Shown in pieces: positions 8,973-19,132 of a stretch of DNA of 53,697 bases. This DNA is from a virus (taxonomy: Duplodnaviria; Caudoviricetes), in the IMG/VR virus record IMGVR_UViG_3300047301_000253, positions 1 through 53,697 of that record. One strand, given 5' to 3'. A program made the translations under genes and the position numbers. The number at the start of each line of letters is the position of its first letter. Positions within the stretch are counted from its first letter, which is position 1. The notes under the pieces were generated by a model that saw only the letters and a list, made by a program, of their open reading frames with translations, was not told the DNA's origin and searched no databases.

Positions 8973-9524
8973 TCAGCGAAGAGGGCGATTGAAAGGATCT
9001 TGTCCAACAACTTTATCTTGAGTGATGCCACGCATCGGTCCGGCAGGATTTGCCTGGAATTGGTTCATGTCCTTGGGAAAGGTTTTGCTGCGAAATGCGG
9101 CAAGCTGAGTGTTGATATCTCCCCACGACCGGTAGTTGGTGATGCCAAGCGTGGCTAATGCGGCCTTTAGTCCTGATCCAGTCACCTCTCCAGAGGGAAG
9201 CATAAAGGGAGGAATTTTACCCGCAGCAGAGAATTGCTGAGCAATATCACGCAACATAGCGGCGACCTCTGCGTGTTTTACTTTTAGCTGAGCTGCCTTC
9301 TGCGCCTCTGGTCCAATCTGCTCCTGCACAGCATTTTCATCAAGCGCATCGCTAAGCTTTTGGGTCTCTTGCGCATCAAAGTGGCTGGCATCGAGAGCAT
9401 CTCCAGCGGGATCAAATAGTGCTACAACCTGCAGCATTGAGTCAAGAGTGTCGGCAACTTCGCGCATTCCCGCGCTGTCTGCTTCGTCTGCTAGCGCAGC
9501 TAGCTTATTTAGAAAATTCTTCAT
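8973..9524 (-). CDS. Hypothetical protein (monocistronic, helical)
   Basis: 183-aa ORF with an upstream GGAG and a downstream terminator. Confidence 0.7.
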   Translation of the reverse strand: MKNFLNKLAALADEADSAGMREVADTLDSMLQVVALFDPAGDALDASHFDAQETQKLSDALDENAVQEQIGPEAQKAAQLKVKHAEVAAMLRDIAQQFSAAGKIPPFMLPSGEVTGSGLKAALATLGITNYRSWGDINTQLAAFRSKTFPKDMNQFQANPAGPMRGITQDKVVGQDPFNRPLR

Positions 9525-9593
9525 GGTACTTCATACTCCATGCGCTAGAAATGCGCCTATCCTAGTGCTACTGATTTAATAGCAGTGCCAGTT

Positions 9594-9878
9594 CTATTGT
9601 TTTTCCTTGAGCGAAAGCGCGCAAACCGTGTAGAAATGATTCTCGAAGGGATTTTCAACAATAATGCCTAAATGTACCATGTCTTGCAGTCTTTCAGAGA
9701 CCTTGGCCCTGAGTAAGTATCCTGTCTCATGAGAGCTGACAAGCCCGGCGAATTGAGCAAAGACCTTGTGCATCTCAAACTGAAAAACACTATCCCACTC
9801 GATATCGGTCAAATTGAGGAATTGCACGAGGGGCTGACAGCCGTACTCGTTTGTGATTTTGAATTCTGGTATCTTCAT
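9594..9878 (-). CDS. Hypothetical protein
   Basis: Start reassigned to MKIPEF, which gives an ATGA overlap with the upstream gene. Confidence 0.55.
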   Translation of the reverse strand: MKIPEFKITNEYGCQPLVQFLNLTDIEWDSVFQFEMHKVFAQFAGLVSSHETGYLLRAKVSERLQDMVHLGIIVENPFENHFYTVCALSLKEKQ

Positions 9879-10975
9879 TGATTTGCCTCTATTAAGTCTG
9901 CAACCATTTCTGAAATAGAAAGAGAGCAAGTTAGCCCTGGCGACTCAATCCCTATCAGGGAAATCATTAGACCACGACCAGAACGAGGTTCAGCTCGTAT
10001 TACAAAATCTGATTGCGTTGTTCCACCATTCGTCTTTGGACGAATTCCAGAATAATCCGGCCTTATATCGTCTGGCTCAAACGGGATTGTGAAATATCGG
10101 TTAATATCCCTCAAAAACTCTTCTCTGCGCCCATCGTCTACCGTGTAGTCAATCGCATCAACCGGATAAGCGTTAGGCCCAAAACCAATTCGTCCATCCA
10201 AATAATGTCTTGTATGAATCCCAAGAGAGAGTTGATCAGCCGGAGGCACCGAGTAGATCAAATGAGGTAAATTTCTAATCTTATCAGTAACGTAGTATTC
10301 GCCTTTGTAAAGAGAAAGCTTGTCTTTTGCCCCTGCTAGTCCAGCGATATGGTCGCTGCATAGCCCCGCACTGTTTATCAGGATCTCGGTAGATATAACG
10401 GTGCCATCTTGAAGGGTCACCAGATAGTCGGCCTCATCAGAGGTAATCCCGACTACTTTTGCGCCATACTGAATATGCCCATTGTTCTCAAAAATGGCTT
10501 GGGCTAATGACTTCATAAATAAATGAGAGTCAAAAAAACCTGTTTCTGGCAGAAATATTCCTGCTGCTGCCTTGATTTCAGGGCAACGACCCTTTGCCCC
10601 TGCTTCATCCAGGTACTCAAAAGGCACTCCTACCAGACTTGCGTTTGCCGCCAATGCACTCAGTTGAGATTCCTCTCCTTCTGCTGCAACGATCAATTTG
10701 CCGCACCGACTATATGGAATGTCGTATCGATCAAGATATGAATAGAGCTTTGTCTTGCCAGTAAGACAAAGCTTGGACTTATTACTTCCTGCACGGTAGT
10801 AAATGCCAGAGTGAATTACTTCAGAGTTACGACTACTTGTGTGAGTTCCGAATGTGCTTTCGGCCTCAAGAACAACGACATCGTAGCTTTTAGCTATCTT
10901 TGCCGCTATACTTAAGCCAATTGCGCCGGCTCCGATTACTACAACGCCTGCCGTGATCGTTTCGTTTGCGCTCAT
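9875..10975 (-). CDS. FAD-dependent oxidoreductase, L-2-hydroxyglutarate oxidase (LhgO)-like
   Basis: GAGAIG, TSSRNSEVIHSGIYY, CGKLIVA, INSAGL, KGEYY, GIRPK, GIESPGLT. Confidence 0.88.
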   Translation of the reverse strand: MSANETITAGVVVIGAGAIGLSIAAKIAKSYDVVVLEAESTFGTHTSSRNSEVIHSGIYYRAGSNKSKLCLTGKTKLYSYLDRYDIPYSRCGKLIVAAEGEESQLSALAANASLVGVPFEYLDEAGAKGRCPEIKAAAGIFLPETGFFDSHLFMKSLAQAIFENNGHIQYGAKVVGITSDEADYLVTLQDGTVISTEILINSAGLCSDHIAGLAGAKDKLSLYKGEYYVTDKIRNLPHLIYSVPPADQLSLGIHTRHYLDGRIGFGPNAYPVDAIDYTVDDGRREEFLRDINRYFTIPFEPDDIRPDYSGIRPKTNGGTTQSDFVIRAEPRSGRGLMISLIGIESPGLTCSLSISEMVADLIEANQ

Positions 10976-10976
10976 C

Positions 10977-13133
10977 TTACATGTCTTTAATCTGATCAGA
11001 GATCGATGGAACAGTCAGTCGGCTCATCAGTGTCTTATTGGTTCGCATCGTCCGGTCGCATCTTTGACCGGCTTCGACAGAAGCGATGGTCAGATTTAGA
11101 CCAAACCGGGCGTCAATCATTGACAACAGCTCGAACTTTGTGACATCATTTGAGAATACGTGATGAAGTCCCGCTTCGTATAAATCTTTCTCAATTATCT
11201 GATGGCAACAATTTGCGAATTGCTTCGTGGTGATGCCGTTCCAGATGTGATTTGTAAAGCCAGAGACATTCTTGCCTGCCTGTGACTTCGCCCATGCAAC
11301 AAGACTCGCATTCTTGTGAATTTCTTCGCCAAGAATAGACGTGCGAATAACCATGCACTCTTTTGTTTCACCAAGACTTTTTGATTTTCCGTATGCATCG
11401 AGTGCATCGTGCAGATCAGACTCTACGTATTTGCCGACTGACCCGGAGAAGACGCAGTTGTGCGCGCTCAGACCACCATTGACGAGGTATGAATGGTCAC
11501 TTTCGACATCCAGATTGTACAGAATTCCTATATATGGCTCTGAGCTAATATCTGAAATGGGAACGTACCAATTTTCATTATCTTCAAAAAATTTTTGATA
11601 TCCCACTTTTGTTCTGTAGGCAGAGCCCAAAACTATCTCTTCGAATTTTGAAGCCTGCGGCCCACTAAGGGTAACAGTGTGGGCTGGCTTTGCGTTTACA
11701 GTCCGGCCCATTATCTCGGGCTTTCTGAGGCTAATATTTGAATTGGGCAAAAAACCTAGGCCCATAAGCATCGTCCTGATTCCATCGGACAATACTTTTG
11801 AGACGCTAGAAAAGATTATCGTTGGATTTTTATGACGGACCTTCGGTGCAGAGCTGCAGCCATCTCCATCGAAATACCCTCTTAGAAAAGCCTTTTTCTG
11901 CTCGGTCGGAAGTCTAAATAAATCCATCGGTATTCTTTTAGTGTGAGAGTATCGCTCTGAGTTGGAGGTATAGAAGAAGTCGTAAAAATATCTAGATAGG
12001 AAAGAGTCCCGTATGGTCACCTGAGAGCCTTTTTGGCCTTTCATTTTCCTTATACGTGGATTAAGCTTGAATTGTTTTTTCAGTACGCTGCATGCTTTTG
12101 TCATTAGCTCTGGCTCATCCCCAAATGAGAGCGTAGCACCGTATGCTGCTCCTATTTTAAAGGCCCAACCCTCTGCAACAAATACACCAAGCAACCAAGC
12201 TATATCTTCATTTATCTCGAATTCATCGAGTTCTGGCACTCTCGGTTTTTGGTTCGACCTAACCCACATCCAAATTTTTCTTTTGTTTGTGTTGGTTTCG
12301 GCGGCAACCATCTCTATTGACTGCATAATCGGCACGCCATTTGCTATGTATTCAGAGAATCGCCTATTGACATCTAAATAAGCATGTTTTGCCCCAAACT
12401 TGAGCGGACACACGTCTGACAATTTAATTGTCAAATTCTCTTCTGGTAAAGTTATTTTCGGAATTGCTATCAGGTCTCCTACAGACAGTTCACCTGCCGG
12501 ATTCCAGGCTTTATCTTCGAACTTAAATGAAGACTTGGGCCCTTGTCTCTTTATAGATAGAAATGGATGATTTGAAGAGCACTTAGTCGGTAGAGCGGAC
12601 CCTAAAGAAGTTATAACCACTAGATCACAATCTGATATTGTGGTGACGAGGCTCTCGACTTTAGAAAGAGAGCCGTTATGCGTAAATACATAATCTCCCT
12701 CTTTTACTTCAGAAATCATCTTATTGCCAAGAGAGGTCATAACTTCTGTTTCTGGAACGAAGCAGTCTGAGGTCACATGGATCATCTTCACGCCAAGAGC
12801 GCGGCAGGTTGCGGCCAACTCATGTGGTAGTAGCGAATTAATGTATATTGCATCCCTGGGATTTTGGTCCATGAAGGGCTTAATCGTGCCCACCGCACAG
12901 ATTACATAATCGGGATTCCTAGGCATTTGAGCGAAGACGTCCGTCAAAGTCTGTGAGGCATCCTGTGTTTTTCCAGTAGGATCATAGCTAATCCAGTTGC
13001 TAGACCCATACGCCAGCGACTTGTCGCGAGTAGTCAGCCATACTTCGTAGTCAGGAAGTTGCTGAAAATATTTACCGACGGCATTTCCCAGCATGCCTGT
13101 CCCACCAAGAATAAGCACTGTCTTCTTCATCAT
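10977..13133 (-). CDS. RmlD-like NDP-4-keto-6-deoxysugar reductase containing an intein (about 282 aa after splicing)
   Basis: GGTGMLG, HVTSD|intein|CVFSG, YGKSK, IRTSILG, WNGITT. Confidence 0.9.
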   Translation of the reverse strand: MMKKTVLILGGTGMLGNAVGKYFQQLPDYEVWLTTRDKSLAYGSSNWISYDPTGKTQDASQTLTDVFAQMPRNPDYVICAVGTIKPFMDQNPRDAIYINSLLPHELAATCRALGVKMIHVTSDCFVPETEVMTSLGNKMISEVKEGDYVFTHNGSLSKVESLVTTISDCDLVVITSLGSALPTKCSSNHPFLSIKRQGPKSSFKFEDKAWNPAGELSVGDLIAIPKITLPEENLTIKLSDVCPLKFGAKHAYLDVNRRFSEYIANGVPIMQSIEMVAAETNTNKRKIWMWVRSNQKPRVPELDEFEINEDIAWLLGVFVAEGWAFKIGAAYGATLSFGDEPELMTKACSVLKKQFKLNPRIRKMKGQKGSQVTIRDSFLSRYFYDFFYTSNSERYSHTKRIPMDLFRLPTEQKKAFLRGYFDGDGCSSAPKVRHKNPTIIFSSVSKVLSDGIRTMLMGLGFLPNSNISLRKPEIMGRTVNAKPAHTVTLSGPQASKFEEIVLGSAYRTKVGYQKFFEDNENWYVPISDISSEPYIGILYNLDVESDHSYLVNGGLSAHNCVFSGSVGKYVESDLHDALDAYGKSKSLGETKECMVIRTSILGEEIHKNASLVAWAKSQAGKNVSGFTNHIWNGITTKQFANCCHQIIEKDLYEAGLHHVFSNDVTKFELLSMIDARFGLNLTIASVEAGQRCDRTMRTNKTLMSRLTVPSISDQIKDM
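11457..12764 (-). mobile_element. Class 1 intein with LAGLIDADG homing endonuclease (436 aa)
   Basis: Starts CFVPETEV; block B CSSNHPF; LLGVFVAEG and FLRGYFDGDG; ends LYNLDVESDHSYLVNGGLSAHN followed by Cys+1. Confidence 0.95.
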
Positions 13134-13591
13134 CTAACCTCTACTTTGAACGGATTAAAATCTTCAGAAAACTCTACTCTGAGATCATCATTCTTTGACT
13201 CTTCGAGTGTCGATGTCGAAAAATACATAATCTGGGTACCTGGCTCAAGCGTGCGGGCACCATTAAACATACCAGGTGGAATATACAGCATTCGTGGTTG
13301 ATTGGCCGAAAGCACAAACCTCTCCATGTCGATGTCTGATCCCAGCTCTACTCCTCCGCTAAAGCTACCTTCAATCGGTATCGCAACAATGATTGCAGAG
13401 CCCGAGACAACGGTGACATATTTTCCCTCGTGAAAATGGCCATGCCAAGCACGGGTGTCGCACGCAGAATTATTAGAGACCACGTAAAATCTCTTTATGC
13501 CGAGACTGACTGCATCAAAATCATTAAAGTACTTGAGCGAGCCACGGTCGTCATATGCGGCACCACCGCTGATGATTTTGCACTTTGGCAT
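13130..13591 (-). CDS. RmlC-like cupin (NDP-sugar 3,5-epimerase family)
   Basis: DDRGSL, RAWHGH..EGKY, LYIPPGMFNG, DDLR. Confidence 0.85.
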   Translation of the reverse strand: MPKCKIISGGAAYDDRGSLKYFNDFDAVSLGIKRFYVVSNNSACDTRAWHGHFHEGKYVTVVSGSAIIVAIPIEGSFSGGVELGSDIDMERFVLSANQPRMLYIPPGMFNGARTLEPGTQIMYFSTSTLEESKNDDLRVEFSEDFNPFKVEVR

Positions 13592-14529
13592 CAGAATCCA
13601 CCTAGCTTCTTTATGAATGCAGCGTTTGAATAGATAGGGTCAGATGTGTCTTTGATTCTGTTTTCAACAATCAGTCGGTTGATTTCTCTGACGCCATCGG
13701 CAAGCGTATAGCTCGGCTGCCAGCCCAGCTTGTTGAATTTTTCACCGCTGACAGTGTAGTTTCTTTGGTCTTCGAATGCAAGGTCTGATAGAACTACAGT
13801 TGAGCCAGGAATTAACGAACTGATTTCGTATGCCATTTCAGATAGGTTGTAGTTTTTGCAGGAAAGATTAAAGAGTCCAGAAATATCATTCTTGAGTGCG
13901 TAGGAGGTCGCAGTGCTTACGTCCTTTACGTGAAGCAGAGGACGATTTTGTGTCCCGCCAAAAACTGTTAGCGGCAGGCCTTGTGATGCTTTTATTGTGA
14001 GGACGTTTGCGACTAGATCCACACGAATTCGCGAGTGCAGATCTCCCATTCCAAACAACGTGCCAAGTCGCCAAACTAGCGCATTGGGCCGCTTGGCAAG
14101 CAAGTATTGCTCTGCTTGCAGCTTTGTATAGGCATACGCCGATAGTGGCGCAGTAGGAGAATCTTCATCCAGTAAGTCATCATTTTTTCCATAAACAGAG
14201 CAAGACGACATAAACACAATTTTTCCGTCGTAGTTATCGGCAAGCCACTTTACAGATTCAAAATTGAGCTGCTTTGTCAGCTCTGGGTTTACGGCACATG
14301 CTCCATCTCCAACGAGGGCGGCTAGCCACACAACGCACTCGTAATCCGAAATCAGCGCCCCTAGCTTATATGTATCTCTGATGTCTCCATAAATAAAGTG
14401 TACATCCTTCATGTAGCGAGTCTCATATAGTAGGTTGTCATAAACAGTTACTTCGTGACCTTCCGTCTTTAGAAGGTCAGTCATGTAGCCGCCGAGATAA
14501 CCTGCGCCACCAACAATAAGAATCTTCAT
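13591..14529 (-). CDS. NAD-dependent NDP-sugar epimerase/dehydratase (extended SDR)
   Basis: GGAGYLG, SSCSVYG, YAYTK, RPLLHVKD. Confidence 0.9.
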   Translation of the reverse strand: MKILIVGGAGYLGGYMTDLLKTEGHEVTVYDNLLYETRYMKDVHFIYGDIRDTYKLGALISDYECVVWLAALVGDGACAVNPELTKQLNFESVKWLADNYDGKIVFMSSCSVYGKNDDLLDEDSPTAPLSAYAYTKLQAEQYLLAKRPNALVWRLGTLFGMGDLHSRIRVDLVANVLTIKASQGLPLTVFGGTQNRPLLHVKDVSTATSYALKNDISGLFNLSCKNYNLSEMAYEISSLIPGSTVVLSDLAFEDQRNYTVSGEKFNKLGWQPSYTLADGVREINRLIVENRIKDTSDPIYSNAAFIKKLGGF

Positions 14530-14538
14530 AATTGCTCC

Positions 14539-15186
14539 TTACTTCTTACTCAATCGATTGTTTACCCAAACAGAGTCCATCTGTTTACCATCTTTCGTGA
14601 TATCTACGCTTGTAGAATCGACCATCATGAAGCCGCTATCCGTCATCAGCCTTGCTACTTCATCATGTAGTCTTTGTCCTTTGAAAAAAGGATAGGTCTC
14701 CGTCTCTAGGTGAATTGTCTTGACGCCACTCAGCAAAGCTCCAAAGCCAACCAGAACCTCATAAGAGGCGCCTTCAACGTCAAGCTTCACCATATCAGGC
14801 TGGTCGATGTTCAACTCTTTACAAAGAGTTTCTATTCTTGAGCATGGGACTGATTTGACTATTTCTGTTCCATACTGGTCTCCACGGTTAAATATCCCGT
14901 GAATTCCATTTATGGCTTTCTTATAAAAGTCAATGACTCCGTCGTAATCGGTCACAATTGCGTGAACACTGCGAACTCCAGCGGAGCTCAAGTTAACCTT
15001 GTTTTCTTCAAAATTCTCAAGAAGCCCTTCTATGCAGACTGCGTTCGCATCAGGAAAACTCTGCTTAAACAGCACTGAATCCTTCCCATCTAGAGCTCCA
15101 ATTTCTAGTATGTTGAGAATATCTTCGTCTCTAAAGTGCAACCTAGTTAGGGCCAGAAACTCTTCCATATTGACTTGAGTTCTCAT
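14539..15186 (-). CDS. FkbM-family methyltransferase
   Basis: LEIGALDG, PDMVKLDVEGASYEVLVG. Confidence 0.85.
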   Translation of the reverse strand: MRTQVNMEEFLALTRLHFRDEDILNILEIGALDGKDSVLFKQSFPDANAVCIEGLLENFEENKVNLSSAGVRSVHAIVTDYDGVIDFYKKAINGIHGIFNRGDQYGTEIVKSVPCSRIETLCKELNIDQPDMVKLDVEGASYEVLVGFGALLSGVKTIHLETETYPFFKGQRLHDEVARLMTDSGFMMVDSTSVDITKDGKQMDSVWVNNRLSKK

Positions 15187-15242
15187 TATTCCTTCTTTGT
15201 GAGTCTACATCTATATTTATTCTGACGGACTACTGGAGCAAA

Positions 15243-15797
15243 CTAAGCATCTAACGCAGAAAAGCCGATCAAGTGATTTTTATGCCTTTCAAAATCCGAA
15301 TAAACAAGCTTCGCATAATCTATTCCAGGGATCATTGAAACAGTGCCAGGGCGCGAGGTATCAATTACCCCTAATCCGCAGTCTTCTGGCACACAATAGG
15401 TCAAATATGGTGATGTAACCCGGTATTTGGCAAAAGCCTTCCATGCGGTTTGGTATAATCCATTGGCATCTACTTGGGAGTGCTCATCGGGCGGATTACA
15501 GTCATGACAAATAATTACTCCGCCAGCGTTTAGTATTTTTAGACTGTTCGCAATATCTCTCGTCAAGAACGGCTCTGTGTGATTTGCATCGATGAAAATA
15601 ATATCATACTGGTCTTTGTTGATCGCGAAAAAGTCATCTGTACTCATTCGAAAGTCAGCTGGATTTGACATATCGACAGAGGTTTTTTTCTCACAATTGA
15701 CTGCATTAAATGTGGTGCCATCATAAATACCTAGCTCAAGATAGCTGCGGTAGCTTCTCTTGGCAATCATTGTGTTTAGTGCCTTTACTCTATCCAT
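15243..15797 (-). CDS. Class I SAM-dependent methyltransferase
   Basis: YLELGI..G, YDIIFIDANH, GGVIICHD; start reassigned to MDRVK. Confidence 0.85.
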   Translation of the reverse strand: MDRVKALNTMIAKRSYRSYLELGIYDGTTFNAVNCEKKTSVDMSNPADFRMSTDDFFAINKDQYDIIFIDANHTEPFLTRDIANSLKILNAGGVIICHDCNPPDEHSQVDANGLYQTAWKAFAKYRVTSPYLTYCVPEDCGLGVIDTSRPGTVSMIPGIDYAKLVYSDFERHKNHLIGFSALDA

Positions 15798-16731
15798 GTT
15801 TGCTCCAGTCAATGCTTTTGATAACTTCTTGCCATTTTTGTCGGCACATCTCTTGTGAAAAGGACCCATAAAAATATTCTCTTGGGAGGTAAGCGCCAGG
15901 AGACCTCATGATCTCGGCTATAGCCTTTGAAAACAAATTCGCCTCTGTGCGAATTCCCCAATCTCCACTTTCTAGACCATGGTAGGCACCTACATTTGTA
16001 GTTACAAGCGGAAGCCCACAGGCCGCCGCCTCAATTCCAGCCAAGTGCAAGGTCTCTTGTTTAGATGGACAAATCAGCAAAGAGCAAGCCGAGTAAATCT
16101 TGCGGAGGACGAGGTGAGATACTTTATTGAATACCTTTACTCGCGGATGTGAGCTAGTGTACCCGTCCTTCATTACCAGGACAAAGTTGTAGTCGGTGTT
16201 CTTTATTAGATCGAGTACTGTATCAAAACCTTTTGGATACACTAAGCTTGACCCAACATATACGATTGAATTAGGCTTGATCTGGAGCTCTCTTTGACAC
16301 TCTGAAGAATCCTCTTTTTGAAAGAAATTAAAGTCTGTTCCTAGCGGAATTACGTGACATTCTTTATCTGCTATCTCTTTTTTGTATTCCTGATGTGTGT
16401 ACTCTGAGTTACAGACGACTATGTCGGATTTGTGTATTACTTCTCTCTGTTGATCTCTGGCTGCTCCGGAGTAAATGTCTTGGACTAAAGATATTGTCAG
16501 GCTCGCTATATTCATCGGCCTGAAGAATGTCGCATTTCTTATTATGTAGTCAGGCGGGTCATTCTTTGCTTCGGATTCAATTGCCTGCGCAAGGTTTGCA
16601 TAATCAGTTAGGCCTCCTGTTTTATCGACTAGCCCCGGAAGCCACTCTAATAGGTCGTGCCACAGAGTCTTTGTCTCTGGGATGCAGGTCAGCGTGTCAT
16701 TTACAAGCCATCCGACTTTGTGGGGCATCAT
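15790..16731 (-). CDS. GT-B (GT4-like) glycosyltransferase
   Basis: CNSEYT, IPLGTD, KGFD, PSKQETLHLAGIEAAACGLPLVTTNVG. Confidence 0.88.
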   Translation of the reverse strand: MMPHKVGWLVNDTLTCIPETKTLWHDLLEWLPGLVDKTGGLTDYANLAQAIESEAKNDPPDYIIRNATFFRPMNIASLTISLVQDIYSGAARDQQREVIHKSDIVVCNSEYTHQEYKKEIADKECHVIPLGTDFNFFQKEDSSECQRELQIKPNSIVYVGSSLVYPKGFDTVLDLIKNTDYNFVLVMKDGYTSSHPRVKVFNKVSHLVLRKIYSACSLLICPSKQETLHLAGIEAAACGLPLVTTNVGAYHGLESGDWGIRTEANLFSKAIAEIMRSPGAYLPREYFYGSFSQEMCRQKWQEVIKSIDWSKHG

Positions 16732-17471
16732 TCTTCTCCTGGAAACAGCATTTCACCAGATTGAAAATGATAAACGAGGGAGTCAAACGCCGTTACGTGA
16801 CTCATGCCAAACTTGGCAGCAAGTACAGAATTAAAAAAATACTCATCTCCAGACCGCAGGAACTTGCTGTCTGACCTGCCTATTCCAGCCGAATACACAT
16901 TGCCCTCCGGATAACCTCCAGACGCGTCAAAAAGTTCTCTCCCAAATACAACTGGCATATACAGCCCACCAGGATGGGCAGCGTACTCCTTTACTGATTC
17001 AGCATGAGCGGCCCATTCGTCCTGAACAAATTCATTTGGATGCATTCCGAAATTTTTTCCATATCCGTGTGTACCGGATGGCATTCTACCAGACTCAACA
17101 AGTCGACTAGTTACAACAGTCTCCTTGCCATAGTAGCTCATTAAACTCTCAAGCCATCCTTTGCTAAACGCCATATCCGAATTTACAAAACAAACAACGT
17201 CTGCTGTACTCGACTTTCCAGCGTAATTCCAGCAACGGTAAACCCTATTTAAATAAAAATCGTTAGGGCTGTTGTCCCTATATATTGAGTAAGGCACTCC
17301 GCAATTCGGAAGAGAGCTGAGTATTGACTCGTTTGGGTCGTTCGCCACTATCTTGAATTTAACGTCATACCCTGGAACGTCGTGCAGGTCTTGTTTGAAT
17401 TGGTCGCATATGAAATTCAAGTATGTTTTTGAGCGGTATATCAAAGAGATAACTTCTATAGATTTATTCAA
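16728..17471 (-). CDS. GT-A (GT2-like) glycosyltransferase
   Basis: WNYAG...VCFVNSDM...WL, GGYPE, SLVYHFQ. Confidence 0.7.
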   Translation of the reverse strand: MNKSIEVISLIYRSKTYLNFICDQFKQDLHDVPGYDVKFKIVANDPNESILSSLPNCGVPYSIYRDNSPNDFYLNRVYRCWNYAGKSSTADVVCFVNSDMAFSKGWLESLMSYYGKETVVTSRLVESGRMPSGTHGYGKNFGMHPNEFVQDEWAAHAESVKEYAAHPGGLYMPVVFGRELFDASGGYPEGNVYSAGIGRSDSKFLRSGDEYFFNSVLAAKFGMSHVTAFDSLVYHFQSGEMLFPGEE

Positions 17472-18256
17472 AGTGTCCCCTTGTAGATGTTGGTTATTTT
17501 TTCTTTCAGGCGAGGATCAGAGCCGTCTGCATCCTTTTCGTACCAAGATGGCAGCAATCCAGAAGGAAGTGGTTCGACCTTCAGGGTCCGCTCATCAACC
17601 AAGCGCTCTAGATCAAACCCCTTTTGACCATGTGACTTGTAAAGATGGTACTTTGTTGTGATTTGATAGTCAGTGGCGAAACCCCGGTGGATTAGACTGT
17701 GATTGATTCGGTGTGGTGGTTTTAGCCCGTCAGGATAAGTTTTTCCATGAAGACCTTTTTCATTAGGAAAATGCAGCTTTCCATTGTTTTTCCAAAGAGC
17801 ACAGACGCCATTTCCATAAAGCCAATGATACTGGCTGTCGACTCTATAGTATCGATCCGATCTCCATAGATTATAGTGACCAAGTGAAAGCAGCTCTTCG
17901 CCTGAATTGTTTGCTTGTACTAGGACGTTAACCAACTCTGCCCCTCCATTTTTTAAAAGATCATCACCCAATAGAGTATCACAGTCCATCCAAAATACCC
18001 AGTCTGTATCAGGGTGATCCAATAATAACTTTTGCAGTAATTCTCTTTTGCAGGAGCTTTCATTCGAAAAATCATTGACCGGTGACTCAATCAAAGTCAC
18101 CTTGGGGTGATTTCTCAGGATTTCTATAGATCCGTCGTCACTCGCTTGGTCATAAACATATATCTGTTCGCAGACGCTCTCCATGCACTTCAGCCAGTTG
18201 TATAGATTTCCTTTACTTAGCTCATTCCTGTGCTGTGCAAATCCAACTATCTTCAT
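17468..18256 (-). CDS. GT-A (GT2-like) glycosyltransferase
   Basis: RNE, VYDQASDDGS, DWVFWMDCD (DxD), IHRGF. Confidence 0.8.
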   Translation of the reverse strand: MKIVGFAQHRNELSKGNLYNWLKCMESVCEQIYVYDQASDDGSIEILRNHPKVTLIESPVNDFSNESSCKRELLQKLLLDHPDTDWVFWMDCDTLLGDDLLKNGGAELVNVLVQANNSGEELLSLGHYNLWRSDRYYRVDSQYHWLYGNGVCALWKNNGKLHFPNEKGLHGKTYPDGLKPPHRINHSLIHRGFATDYQITTKYHLYKSHGQKGFDLERLVDERTLKVEPLPSGLLPSWYEKDADGSDPRLKEKITNIYKGTL

Positions 18257-19125
18257 GGTGTCTCTTTTTTAGAGGCCGCAATCGCAGCTCTCAATAGTGC
18301 CGACATTGTATTACTTGGCATTGGAGCATCTGGCCCATATACGTCGTGCTCAAATTTTTGAGATAATGGATGCCCGCCGAACCAATGACACCCGATGCTA
18401 TCTGGGGGGAACCCAAATGGAGCCATCTCTGCGTACAGCATACCAACCGACGTGGGAGGAATATAGTAGACAGAATTTCTTGTGATGTTGGCCACCTCAA
18501 GATTTGGATAACGATTGCGAATCTTCCAAATCGTGCGCAGCTCTGCGTTTAGCAGTTCAGAGCCTATTGCCTGATAGGTATCTAGCTTTTGATTTCCAAC
18601 GCTATCTCGACAGGCTGCAAACATAGCATTGCCAGGGCAGGCCCCTAGAAGCCCGATTGCATGGGCACGAAACTGTGGGTAGATATGTATGATTGAATCA
18701 ATCTGCGCAGTGTCATCAGGTGCGTAATCAAATTGCAGCTCATCCAAACTCTTTGTATAAAGGATATCGAGATCTGACCAGACTCCACCTTCTCCAGCGA
18801 GCAGCTGCCATCGGAGGTGGTCTGCCTTGTGGACTTCGTGGGCACTATTTGAAAAGCCGTAGTCTTCAAAGTCATGTTCGACTACTTCATCAGCAATAAG
18901 CAAAGCGTCAGCAAAGAAGTTCTGGAGAATCGGGCCGAGGTCCACTTGCTCACCTGTCTTCCAGGTGACAGCACCACCTGGTTTTTTTGGAATGTGCAAT
19001 TTAATTTTCCACCCAAGACAATATGTCTTTATAGACACAAGAGACATATATCGAAGATACGACATTTCTTTTTTAGGTGAGCCCCAGTATATGTGGATTA
19101 TTTTCGGTATTTTGTTGAATGTCAT
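18253..19125 (-). CDS. DXD glycosyltransferase (GT32/Och1-like)
   Basis: IPKIIHIYW, KADHLRW..L..EGGVWSDLD. Confidence 0.85.
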   Translation of the reverse strand: MTFNKIPKIIHIYWGSPKKEMSYLRYMSLVSIKTYCLGWKIKLHIPKKPGGAVTWKTGEQVDLGPILQNFFADALLIADEVVEHDFEDYGFSNSAHEVHKADHLRWQLLAGEGGVWSDLDILYTKSLDELQFDYAPDDTAQIDSIIHIYPQFRAHAIGLLGACPGNAMFAACRDSVGNQKLDTYQAIGSELLNAELRTIWKIRNRYPNLEVANITRNSVYYIPPTSVGMLYAEMAPFGFPPDSIGCHWFGGHPLSQKFEHDVYGPDAPMPSNTMSALLRAAIAASKKETP

Positions 19126-19132
19126 GACTTCC

